Source: Paramoeba atlantica
Lineage: Eukaryota > Protista > Discosea
Assembly (NCBI GenBank): GCA_977017575.1
Contig: CDRNVI010000148.1
Span: 186,001 to 250,000, forward strand
Length of the DNA stretch: 64,000 nucleotides
Reading direction: 5' to 3'
Position numbers and translations under genes: made by a program. This document shows positions 22,364 through 36,661 of this stretch, piece by piece (positions within the stretch are counted from its first letter, which is position 1; each line of letters starts with the position of its first letter). The notes below the pieces were generated by a model. That model searched no databases. It saw only the letters and a list, made by a program, of their open reading frames with translations, and was not told the origin of the DNA.

Positions 22364-24883
22364 ATGGATCGCAATTCCTCTGAAGAAGAGGATTCACCTG
22401 TTGGTCGAAGATTACTCTTGTTACTTTTCTTTTTGGTTCTGTTACTTGTTTCGTTGATTTCTTTTTCTGTTACGAAGAACCAAGACTTTTCTCCTTCTCC
22501 TCCAGTTTCCACTTTTCTTTTTTCTTTTCCTTTTTTTTCTTTTCTGAAACCATCTCTCTCTTTTTCTTATTTTTATCATGATCAGAGACCATTATTTGAT
22601 GAATTTATCACAACTGAGAAGATGGTTCGCCATCTCAAAAATTTAAACAACATTGCGAATCTTCGAGATGGGAATCGTTCTCTCGGAACACAAGTTCAAT
22701 TTCTATTTCCTCTCTTTCTTTTTTTTGGGGGGGAATTGGATTTTTCTTTCTAACCCCTTTTTCCTCTTTTTTCCACTTCAAAAAAGGGATATGAAGATTC
22801 AATGAAATATGTACTCAGAAACCTTAGAACAACAAATTATACCATCACAACACAACCTTTCAACGTAACAAGAACATTATATCATTCAATTCTCAAACAA
22901 ATTCGGCCAAACAACATCACTTATGGGCTTCTTGATTCTGATTATGGTCTTGTTATTGGTTCTGCGAATGGGAATGTTTCTGGATATTTGAGTGTGCCAG
23001 ACGAATTTGGGTGTTCTCTTGATAATTTTGAGGACTTTGTCTCAGGGAATATTGCTCTTATCAAACGTGGCAGTTGTACTTTTTATGAAAAGGTTGAGTT
23101 TTTCTTTTTCTTTTTTCTGTTCCTGAGAATAAGAAGGATTGAAATTTCTTCATCTTTGAAAATAAAGGCTTATTTGGCATCACTGGCTGGTGCATCTGCT
23201 GTCATAATATATGATACTGGTCCGAGATCTTCTCGTTTTTCTATTCTCTATGGAATTTTGAGTCAACCAATCAACCTCCCAATTATTGGGGTGAATCATC
23301 ATCTTGGTTTCTATTTTCTTTTCATTCTTTTGATTCTCCCCAAAACCAAAAAAGTTTACATTTCAACCAGGTCTTGAGTTCCTTCACACAGAAGGGGTGT
23401 ATCTTAATCTTTTGATGAATGTGAGTCAGTATGATGTTGAAACATGGAACATTCATGCACAATCTCGATATGGTTTGAGTTTTAAAATTCATCAAAAATG
23501 AATTGATTTTGTTTTGATGATTTAATACAGGAAATCCAGAACGAAAGATCATTGTTGGTTCCCATCTCGATTCTGTCAGTGCTGGTCCAGGTAAAATATC
23601 CCTCTCAATATTCAATGCCTGAAGTATTCATTTCCTTTTCACAGGAATTAATGATAATGGATCTGGTTCATCTGCAGTTTTGGAGATGGCAATTCAACTC
23701 TTTGAATCTGGATATGAAGAAGAGTTGAAGAATCAAATTCAGTTTTCTTGGTTCATTTTTTATTCCCAAATTTCTTTGTAATTTTGATGTTTTTATTGAT
23801 CCATTTTCTTCATTGAAAAGGTATGGTGCTGAAGAATTTGGCTTACTTGGAAGTAATTTCTTTGTTTCTGATCTCATTGAAAATGATCCAGGTTTTCATT
23901 TTTTTTCTTGAATTTTTTTGATTCTTTCTTTTATGAATAATTCTTTTTCCCTTTTCTTATTTTTTAATTTCTTTGATTTTACAAAGAGGAGTTTAGTAAG
24001 ATTTGGTTGATGTTAAATTTTGATATGATTGGATCTCCAAATCCAACTCGAGGAATTTATGATGGAGATTCTGGTGATGAAGATGTTCGTTTACTTTCCA
24101 GTTCAATTCAAAGGCTCTTTGGTTTCTCTCTTTTTTTTTCATTTTTTTTGGTTTTGTTTTCATCTTCACTCACTCAAATTTAAATAATTTATTAGAAGAA
24201 TATTTTAATTCACATGGTTTGGAATGGACACCATCACCTTTTACTGGTCGAAGTGATTATGGTTCTTTTTTTTTTTTCTTTTTTCTTTTTTTTCTTTTTT
24301 CCTTTTATCAAAAAGAAATGAAACAAAAGGGACTGGATTTGTTTTTATTGATTGAAATATTTTATTTCTCTTTTTTTATTATTCTTTTTAGGTCCTTTTC
24401 TACAAAATGGGATTCCAGCTGGTGGTTTGTTTACAGGAGCTGAAGTAATCAAAGTTTTTGTTTTTTCTTTTTCTTTTCAAATGATTTTTTTAAAATTTTA
24501 TTTCAAATGATTTTTGAAATTTACTGAATGAATAACTCAAGACAGAAGAAGAAAGAATTCGTTTTGGAGGACTTGTTGCTTCAAAAGATCCATGTTATCA
24601 CAGAGAGTGTAAGTTCTTTTCTTCATTTCAATTTTTTATTCCATAAAAATAAGAAACAAATTCAAGAATCTGTTTTTTACACACAACACAACAAACAGGT
24701 GATACAGTTGAGAATATTAACTTGGAAGTATATCAACAAATGGCTCGAGCAGCTGCAAATGTTTCTCTTACATTTGGACTTCATCAATTCAGTCGAGAAG
24801 AGCAATCTCTGAGACGTGAAGTGATGGCAAAACAAAAGTTAAGGCAATTTGATGGATCAGCAACCAATCTCAATCTTTCTTAA
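22364..24883 (+). CDS. PA-domain M28 aminopeptidase copy C (inverted relative to A and B)
   Basis: Same exon structure and motifs as A and B, with GAEEFGLLGS and GGLFTGAEVIK. Confidence 0.9.
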
Positions 24884-25115
24884 ATTCTTCTTTCTTCAAT
24901 TCCCCTCTCTCTTTCTCTTCTTTTTTGACCGAAAAAGAAAGTCTCACTCCCCTTCACATTATTCTCTTTCTTGAAACTTTGACGAAAATAATTCGTTTGC
25001 GAAAGAAGGGAAAACAAATGAAACGAATGCAAAATTTATCCATTAATCAAATTCCTCATTTTTACAAGAAAAAATTAGGAGTGTTTTCGTCTTGAAAAAA
25101 ATAATAACCAAACTC

Positions 25116-28100
25116 TCATTCTTCTTCCTCGTAATACTTGACCCTCTCCCTCACAACCGCAGGATCAGTAAGATTATTTCTCGCCCCTTGAATCACCAAA
25201 GTGGACAACCCCGCCACACCAATTAAAGATCTAACAAAAGCCTCCGGAACAGATTTAATAACTGAAACAGTTGCTCCTCCGGCTCCAGCACTCTGGTAAA
25301 CTTCTGCAGGGTAACTCATCGCAGCATACGATTTCCTTAATTCAGACACCAATTTGATAAATCCAAACCCAACACCCTCTGCGGCATTGACCGGTTCATA
25401 TTTCTCCAAATACGTTTTGACATCAGATGGAGATGGATGGTCAGAAGAAGAAGAAGGAGGAGCGCAAGCAACATAATCATTGAGCGACTCAAGACCAATT
25501 TGGAAACCTTTTGTCACTCTGAGACCAACGTACAAACTCTCATCAAGAACTGTCCTAAAGAGATCAACAGTCGAGTACGCGCCTGCTGTGAGTTTCTCGC
25601 TGTAACTATTCGCCCCAAGAAGAAGAATTTCAATCAAAAAAGCAGAAAAAAAAGAAATCGTATGATTAAAATCAAACCTATTCTCTCCAACAAAACAGCA
25701 CCCCAGAACAAACAATTTTTGGCCAACATTCGTAAAAGCCTTTAAATTAGAGACAGCACCAAAATAACTCGCAATAAATTGATTCTAATCGTATTTTTGT
25801 CTTGTGAGCCAGACTTTTCGAAGAGAAAGAGAAGAGAAAAGGAGAAACAAACCAAGTTCTGATCTTTCATTAAACGAGATTGCAAGTCATTGAAGCCAGA
25901 AACAGCTGTTATCAAAAATGAGATTTAAACCCAACAAAGAGGATGTGAAATTCACAAAGAGGAAAAACAAACCAGTCTCATCGACAATAGGAATTTTTAA
26001 GAGGAAATCAGATAAAGAAGACCAATTAATTAACTCCAAGAAGGGAGAATATTCACTCGAAATCATTCGCCCCACACTAAATGAAAAGGGAATAGAGAAT
26101 GAGACTCTTGAAAAATCCAAACAGTAAAAAAAAAATAAAGAGAAATCGAAAAGATACCTTACGCCATGAGACAAGTAGTCCACTCGAACATGAGTCCCCG
26201 AAATTGTCAACCTCCGAATATAGAATGATGACTCTTCTCCCTTTCCTCTCCTCACTTCCGCTCCAGGACCCCCCAGCTCCTTCCTTTGTTGCTCTCCTAT
26301 CTTTACCTTCTCTTGATTTCCCTCTTTCTCTTTTGCCTTCAAAAAAAAGGTAAAAAGAAAATCGAGGGTTGTTTGATCCAACCAGAGACGCAATGGGATC
26401 ACCCCAATATCGACGACATAATCTTTCAATTTATCTTTGTGGCCAACAGAGAAAGCTTGTACACTGCTCTCCTGTGTGGGAAAGAAACAAAGAGTGTGAG
26501 AAAAGAAAAAAAAAAAAGAGAGAGAAAAAGAAAATGAAAAGAATAAAGAAAAGGAAACCTTTCCAGGAACATATCCTTGATTCACATTCACCATTACCGC
26601 ACTTTGACCTGGACGAGAAGAGGCAGAATCTCTTTGCAACAAATCCTTGCGATATCTCTTTGAAGTCGTCACACTATCGATCACCATGATATCTTTTATG
26701 ACCAATCGAAATTTGAAAATCGGGTTGAATTTGGGAACCTCTTCAACCCTTTGAAGTGCAGAAATGTGTTCAGGTGAAAAAATGATTGAGGAATCAGTAG
26801 AAAAGGTCAGTTCTTCTTTTGGAGGAGATTTTTTATCATCTGACTCAGGATCTAATTCTGGGAATTGTTCATACATACACCGAATATCCTCCACAGAAAG
26901 TTCAACATAATTCTTCAAATCTCTCCCACCGTCTTTTCCTCTATCAAAATCTTTTCCACCATACAGACGAGCAGACAATTTCACACCCTTCATTTTCAAT
27001 CTCAAAAGGGGCTTTTCGAGGGATTTTTTCGAGGGGACATAATCTTCAAAAATCTTGAGTTGTGAAGGGTGTACAACCCAGTGATGCAAGGGGAGAGGAG
27101 CTGGTGAACCAGGCCTTCTTCTTGATGGGGGAGGCGGTTTTTCTTCGACAACCCCTGGAGTTGACTCAACGTTGTGGAGTTGTTCTACAAGGGGTTCCCC
27201 AAATTCTCGTTGTGGTTGTTCAAACCCTCCTTGTGGTTGCCCAAATCCTTCTTGTGGTTGCCCAAACCCTCCTTGTGGTTGTCCAAACCCTCCATGTGGT
27301 TGTCCAAACCCTCCATGTGGTTGTTCAAACCCTCCTTGCGGTTGCCCAAATCCTCCTTGTGGTTGTCCAAATCCTTCTTGTGGTTGCCCGAAGCCCCCTT
27401 GCGGTTGCCCAAATCCTCCTTGCGGTTGCCCAAACCCTCCTTGTGGTTGCCCAAAGCCCCCTTGAGGTTGCCCAAATCCTTCTTGTGGTTGCCCGAATCC
27501 CCCTTGAGGTTGCCCGAATCCTCCTCGTGGTTGTCCAAATCCTGGTTGCTGTTGAAGAACTTGTTGTGGCTGGTATTGTGGTTGTGGCTGGTGTTGTGGT
27601 TGTGGCTGGTGTTGTGGTTGTAAATTTGGGACAAACGCACCCATCATCCCTCCAGCTCCGAGTTCATCATCCAAATCCGGCCCTCTTCGTGGCCCAAATT
27701 GATCCACCTGTTTTTCCTGCTGAGGAGGATTTCGGGTGGTTCCAGAAAAATCATAGACCCCATGACCTAACTCATCCATCTCTTCTTCGACTCTTCTGTT
27801 CTGGGTATCTTGAACTTGATGATCTTGATGCCCAAATGGAAAATTACCCTGTGCCAATTCACCCATCTCACTATCTTCTTCTTCTTTCTCACCAAGCTTT
27901 CCTCCTTCTCGCCAAGCTTCTCTCATTTGAGCGAAACCATGGGTATCCACACCAAAAGGATTTGCTCCTCGATTGGAGAACTGAGACTCATCAGAAATCA
28001 ACTCCAACATGTTGACACCCTCAGCAAGGATGGGGATTTCATTTTCCTTCTCTTTTTCGAGATCCCAAATTTCAACAAGTTGAGAATTCTCTTGTTGCGT

Positions 28101-31100
28101 TCCAGCCTCAGCCCATTCCGAAGCGATCTGTAATCCGATTTCAGAAGAATCTTTGCACACACCTCCTTCAAAGGTAAGATCTTGAATTTCAATTTCATCT
28201 GATGTCGACACGTTTTCAAAATTCTTTTCAAGTCTTTTCTGAAGTTCAAGAGAGTGCCACCTCATACGATATCGAATGTGAATATGCTTGCAAGAGATAA
28301 TATTTACAAACCCAATGCTCTTCCAAAAGTCCAAGAATTGCATAGCTGAATGTTCACCAAGTTCTAGTGGCACGTCAAGCAATCGCTCGTTCTCTAAAAC
28401 CAGCAAATGGATATCTTGTCCAATGAAATGAACATCACACCACGACCCCAAAGGCCTTGAAAATTTTCTCCAAATATAACCCAAGGGGTCCATATTTTTG
28501 TCTTGCGGATTGGTCAATGGAGAAACCGAAAAAACAATGTGGAAATTATCAAGCAAACATAAAGAAGTTGCGGGGAGATCTTTTGGGCCATACTGGGCAG
28601 AAGTATTCATAAACGTGACGAATATCTTCTTGTCAAGCCCCTCGGGTTGCTGACCTGCCCGAAGACGCTGCCGAAGGGTTTTTTCTTCCACTGCGAGTGC
28701 CGCGTCAAGTCCAAGCTCGTGCGTTTTCAGGCAGGGTTGACATCGGAGCGGTTCGAGTGGATTTGAAAGCCAATTGGGGATTCCACTGAGCCAATTCGAC
28801 CCCTTTTGATGTTGGATACCCAAACCATTCAACAAAATTGATAACAAGAGGTCATTTCCAGTAAAGTGGCACGCAACGTAGCACATACTTGTTCGTAGAG
28901 TTCGAAGTGTTTCATTCGAAACAAGCGACTTTGATTTGAGAGCAAGTTGAAAGAACTCAGACTTCTCAATGCGACGATATTTGGTAATCTGGTCAGCCGC
29001 CAATGGACGTGAAATTTTCTTGTGGGGATCCCCATCACTCTCTTCTTCTCCGTCTGAGAGTGGAGGATTTTCATCTTCACTTTCAAGATCATCAACAGGA
29101 TCGTTTGACTGTCGCGGAGAAACATCTGCATCAACTAACAGAGGGTGCTCCATCGGAGCGATCAATGGCGCGGATTTGGTGGGGTGGTAAGAAACGTTCG
29201 TCACACTATCTTTCTCTCGTTCGTCCAGGTGAGAAGAATCGCGATGATGATCTTGTTGTTCCGTCTCCTGCTGTTCAGTCTTTGTTGACTTAGTCGTCTT
29301 GTGTCCCTCATAAAACACAAAATCATCGATTGAAAAGAGAGAATACGTCTTCCCCAACCCCAGATAATCAGAACTCAAGATCAAATTGACATTTTCTGTT
29401 GAAAATTGATATGCTTTGGTAACACTAGGCTCTGGAACATCGTCGACCACCTCCCAATCCTCTCCTCCCCCTTCCAAACGGACTTTCTTTCGAAAATGTC
29501 CACACGTATTTGCTTTGTGGGGACAAGAAAAGAGACACTCTTCCAGAGTCACGTCGCCTAAAACACTCCTAACTTGAACTGCAAGAGCAGATGGTTGAAG
29601 TTGCGCTAAAGGCTGAGTTGTATTCCGCCAATTTTCATTTGGGTTATTGGTTGAATTTGTTTGTGAAGGAGAGGTAGACGATGAGCTTGGAGGAGGAGCT
29701 CCTTCTGTGGTTGGAGAAAAATGACCAAGTAACTCCATCAATCGATGAAAATTTGTTCGACAGGCCCTGAACGAGAAAAGGGGAAGGATTGCATCAACCG
29801 TCACAAAAGAGGAGGTAACAGCTGTTGTCGTAAAACGAAGAATCTCCTCATCGTTTGCAACCAGAGGTTTCGGAGTTCCTTGTTCGGAAGAAAAGGTGCT
29901 ACAGAAACGAGAAAAGGGGGTTGGTGCATTGAATCCAGTTTCGTCACTACTTGGAGATTGACCAAAGGTGGATGATGAAAGGGGATCTTCTTCAATGTGC
30001 GAGGGACAATCGAGAGTCCCAAGAGCGGTCAGAACTGCCTTTAAGGACTTCGCATTGATGTCTATCTTCGGAGAAACCTAAAAGAATCAAAAAAAAAGCA
30101 TGTCAAAAAAAAAAAAACTTTACACGTATTGTGAGAAACAACAACACATACCCCAAGTTGTTTCCAAGTAGACAAAACTTCTTTTTTCAGAAGACCCAAT
30201 TCGTAAAACCAAAGGCTCAACTTCCCAAACTCCAAAGAAAAGTCTCCCCCTTGGGAAATTAAATGACCTTGTCCACAAATTTTTCCTTTGAGATCCAAAG
30301 AAATCAATGGAGGGACAGCAGCAACACAATGTTTCTCTTCCAAGAAACCCTCCTCCTCTTTTTCCTCTTCTTTTCCTTTTTTTTCCTTTTGCTGGAGAGG
30401 ATGTGCGTCATTGCTGCTGAGAGCTGATTGGAAGAGCAAAACAGTCACTTTGGGGGCCTCTAGTTTCACTTGTTGTTCAATTTCATCTTCCTCAACAGTT
30501 TCTTCTTTTTTGCATTCCGTTTCTGGGTCTTCTTCCTCGTTCGTTTCCTCCTTCTTTTCTTCCTCTTTTTCCATCTCTTTCATCATCACTTCTTCTTGGT
30601 TTTCTTCTCTTTTGGGAGGATCTTTTCTCCATCGAATTTCACCAAACTTCTTTTTCAAAAGAAGAGCTCTTTTCAAGGACTGAGGATCTATTGAGAGAAT
30701 CAACTGTTCCAAGGTAAGCTCTAAACTTTGGGTTCCTTCTTCGAAATTAATTTTTACTTTCAGGTCAGGCTTCAAAGGATCAACAAACATCGAGGGTTCG
30801 ACTTTCTGACAATTTCTATTAACGGTTAAATTCTCTCCGTTTGTTGGCAAATCAGAGATCGAGAGACCAGCAATTTGGGTTGCCAAGGAGTCATAAAGTA
30901 GTGAAACAGTTTTTCGAAATTGGACAAGAGGTTTCAAGACCATCCTCGTTTTTCTCGCGTCTTCTTCTCTCTGGTGTTGTGATTCAACCGTCAGGTATTC
31001 AAAAATTCCGATCTGAGCCAATTGAACGATCATTCCTCTTTGCTTTAAATCTGGGATAGTTACAACAAAATTTCCAAGCTCAAAAATGGTAGTCTCTCCA

Positions 31101-33383
31101 CGTCCTTTCTCTAACCAATCTGCGTGTCGATTCGACATTTTCTCTGGCACCTCCCCCCTCTCTTCTTGCTCTTCGTCACAAGGAACATTTAATAATACCC
31201 TTCGAACTTGAACTCGGAGACGTTTCGCAAGTGAGTCAGGGAGTAATTTTCTTTTGCCTGGGGTCGTTCGATCTTCAGAAAATGGGTTCGATTTCCCCTC
31301 ACTCCCATCACCCATTTCTACAAATTGGTCCTCTTGAACTTTTTCAGCAGAACCTGCCTTATCCATGACAGCTGAACCTGCCTGTCGCATCATTTCGATC
31401 TCCTCCGGAAGAAGTGACATGACATTTGGATTTTGATCAGACTCCATCATTGGCGAGGGCTCACCACAAAACTGGAAATTTAAGTATTAAGTTTAATTTA
31501 ATTAAAACCAACCAACAGCTTGCTTTTTTGAAATAAAAAATTGTACAATTTTGACCTGAAAAGTAGAACCCTCGTTAAAAGATTGAAACATATCCCCTCC
31601 TGCATTCCCAACAGGTTGAAGCAATTCAGCATCTTCAGCGGAAAAAGATTCGATTAGTGGCTCTGAAGGAGAAGGAGAAGGAGCAGGAGCAGGAGCAGGA
31701 GCAGAGGGAAGAGGGGGTGCATTTGTTTCGGAGGCACCTCCAATTACTTGAGAAATTAAGTCACTTAAATAATGAAGATGATCCGGACTTATTAGGAGTT
31801 CGAAATCATTCAAATCAGCTTCTATTTCAGCAATTTCTTTTTTACGGCGAGGGGCATGTGCAAACGTAACAATCACAGAAGATGGGGAATTGGTTAGCTC
31901 TTCTTTTTGACTTTCTCCTGTAAAGAGACCTAATCTCTCAAAAGACTCCTTTCGATTTTTCGGTAAAGTAGAGATATTCGACGACAGAGATGGAGAGGGA
32001 GCAGAAGAAACAAAAGTACTGAGTGATTTGAATTCAGGAAGTAAGAGTTTTCTTTGCGGAACAGTGGAGGAGGAGGAAAGAGGTTGTTGTTGTTGTTGTG
32101 GTGCTGGTGCTTGCGGGTGCTCGTGCGAAGAAGGAGGAGATTCTCCAATATATTTCAAGGCGGTTAGAGTACAAAGATAGTCAACGATATCAGAGCGAAG
32201 CCAGTGGTTAAAACGGATGGAACAAAGCCCAAACCTTTCACAGAACTCATCTGTTGTTGTCTGGGTTTGTGTCATTGTCCGACGAAGATTTTCTTTGAGT
32301 GATGAAGGAGTTACGAATTGGTTTTCTTTGGCTTCAGAGAAAGAAGAAGAAGAGACACGACCAAGAATAATTCTCCCAGTAATCAAGAAATCAGAATCAC
32401 TGAGGTTGGGAGTTTCTCGGAAAGAAAGAAGAGAAACTTGAATTGAGTTGAAATCGATTTTTTTTTTCTTCAGGGAGAAGGAAGGAGAGTTAGAAGAAGC
32501 CTCTTCTTCAGAATTTTCACCATCGGAAATATCAGAATCATCATGGGCGGGGTCACCCTCCTCCTCCTCTTCAGAGACATCAGAGACATCAGAAACACAG
32601 AGAGTTGGAACGTAAAGTTCGATTGCCATTATTTCTCCTGTCATCTCTGAGCGAAAATAAACTCTCACAGTGACATCTTTCACTTCAACAAAGACAGTAG
32701 AAATAAGACTTTGAACCCATTCACCAACAGATTTTGTTCCTTTGTATCTGTCTGTATCTTCTTCGACTGGAAGTTCTTGTTCGAGGTCGAGGTTGATGTG
32801 TTCTGATGTAGCAGGGGTAGGTTTTGAGAAAGTACTGAGAAGAGAATCAGGAGAAGCAGAATCAGGATCAAGGAGAACAGAGATTGTAATTTTTGAGAGA
32901 GAGATTTTTAGCCCACTTTGCCACTCAAAACGACAGGAAAGATGCCCAACAACACCACCAAGAACCTTTGAGACAAAAAAAAAATAAATGAGTTTTTTTT
33001 TAAGTGATGAAAAAATCTAAGATTCTAAAATTGAAAGATCAATAAAACAAGAAAGATCAAACCTCGACATGGTAAAGGCCGAACTGGTGAATAATTTCGT
33101 TGATTTTGGAATCATGAATGGAAACATTACTCGCGCTCGCTTCAAAGGATTGAAATGCTTCTAATCTCTGGAATGGCAACATCCACCACGATTGAAAAGA
33201 TGGAAGGTTCAAGCTTACATCTTCAATCGAAAAGAAACCTCCCAAAGCTCTTTGGAGAGCCAATCTGAGGATGAAAAGAAAGTTTTTAATTTCTTTCGTC
33301 CAAAATTCTCCTGAAAAGACACCGAAAAGAAGGAAAAAAAAAATAAAAAAGGACCTTGTGATATCTTTAAAAAACTGTGTCAT
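25116..33383 (-). CDS. ATG2: Autophagy lipid-transfer protein ATG2 (several large exons)
   Basis: Chorein_N-like start ([11 protein letters not shown]...SKINEII), [35 protein letters not shown], and the ATG_C terminus ([25 protein letters not shown]...IQGARNNL). Confidence 0.85.
27196..27545 (-). repeat. 21-bp coding tandem repeat, about 17 x GGFGQPQ, in ATG2
   Basis: Seen directly in ORF 25887..29804. Confidence 0.95.
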
Positions 33384-33688
33384 CTCAAAATAGCATTAAA
33401 TAAGATAGTCAAACAAGTCGAAAGTTCAAAAAAGAAAAGAAAAAGGAAAAGTGCAGAAGAACTGGAAAGAAAAGGAACTTCACAACGACAGAAGAAAACA
33501 AAAAAAGGAAAAAAAGGATTTTCAGCGATAGACTACCTAATACTTCTACCAGACTTTTTATTTTTTTTAAAGTGCCTAAAACACAGTATTTATTTTTCCA
33601 AAAGAAACATCTCATAATTTTCTTTTTTCCGTTTCTTCTTCCAGCTGTTGTTTTGGGTTGTGGCAACCGACAAAAAAATAAGTCGAGA

Positions 33689-35248
<1,560 letters not shown>

Positions 35249-35455
35249 CAACGTCAGATTGATATAATCTTGTAGTGGCATCATATCTTCTTTCCTTGTA
35301 TAGACACGCAATCACCATCATTCACATTCACATTATCTATTGGACGAAAGGGTATTTCTTTTTTCCTCGTGAAGAATGCTTTGGGTTCCAATCAAAAAAA
35401 ACAAGATCAAAGAAAAAGTTTAGTTGTAATAATAAGTCTATTTTCCTCTCCGTTT

Positions 35456-36424
35456 TTAAGAGTATTGTTGTTGGACGTTCTGTTTTCGATTCACGTTGTA
35501 AGACAAAAAGGCTGACCAAAAGATAACACCAAAGTTCACGTACAGCACCTGATATTGAACTGGAACAAATTTGAAATTGATTGCCATCGCAGGAGGCCAA
35601 GCCTAAAAAAAAAAGAGGTGGGTGATTGTTGAGATGAGTCATGAGTCTGGTGTGAAAGATGAGAAAAGAAAAGAGAAAATTCAAAACTGCACAATTCACT
35701 GCCATGATTCGAAGATAGTCATCCCGGAATTTTCTGGTCACTTCCCGCGGTCCTCCTCCGTTCGTTACAACAGAATAAGCCAAGAAAATCGCATTGACAA
35801 TTGGGGCAAAAATAAACTGTTGAGTTATTTTGTTGTTCAGATCTGAATGTGAGAGAGAAAAAAAAATTTAAAAAAGAACTTGATCCCACAATAACTTTTT
35901 TATAACAGCAGGTCGACTTGTTCCTGGAATTCTTTGTGGTAATATCTTTGAATACCTGCCGCCAAGAAACCATCAACTTTTGGTGAATAAAAGAATTGTT
36001 TTTTGACTTGAACACAAACCAAAAATGAGATGCAGGAGCAAAAAGAAAAGCTCCATAAAATGTCATCTTCAACGTACGTTTGGTCTGCCACCCTTCTCTG
36101 CAATAACTTTATCAGCCAAACCAAACCAAATCACAGTCCTTTCTCTCTCTCTCTCTCCCAACAGAACCTTTCGAGGGTGCCATCGATCTTTTGACAAAGA
36201 AGATCACCAGCTGTATATCTAACTCACAGAGAAGAAAAAGAAAATCAGGTTTTTTGAGGTTTTGAGGGAAAAAATGAAAGGACAGACTTACAAGAAAGAG
36301 CCTGTCAATGATTTTGTCAAAAGGGGTCTTCCCAAAAGCTGTCTAGAAAGGAAAACGTCATTTTCTTGAAGAAAAACAAAAGAGAAAAAGAGAACAAGAA
36401 CCTCGAATACCAAGCAATCGGCAT
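35456..36424 (-). CDS. Mpv17/PMP22 (PXMP2) family protein, copy 1
   Basis: MPIAWYSR|QLLGRPLLTKSLTG, FYGAFLFAPASHFW, and the final W-S-A-F-L-S-Y motif. Confidence 0.85.
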
Positions 36425-36661
36425 CACACACCAACTCCCGCTCGCTCTGAAGAACGGCGAGAACAAACCAAAAAAGGGATTCGGATAAAAAACGTTCTTT
36501 TTTGAGGGTAAACACTGTCTGTTTCTCTTCTGGAATTTTTCAAATTGTTTTATTGGTTTTTTTCCTGGCTCTCCACTTGTCGAAGAATTGACACTGAACA
36601 TCATTTCTTCACAAAGCAAAGTTTATTCTCTCTAAAAAATCCACTTTTTTTGAGACAAATC

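Noticed and set aside
16760-24915. Large inverted repeat as transposon terminal repeats
   Set aside because: The repeats are entire peptidase genes, with no transposase or target-site duplication seen.
27196-27545. Regular short repeats suggesting a CRISPR-like array
   Set aside because: Head-to-tail 21-bp in-frame coding repeats with no unique spacers, in a eukaryotic gene.
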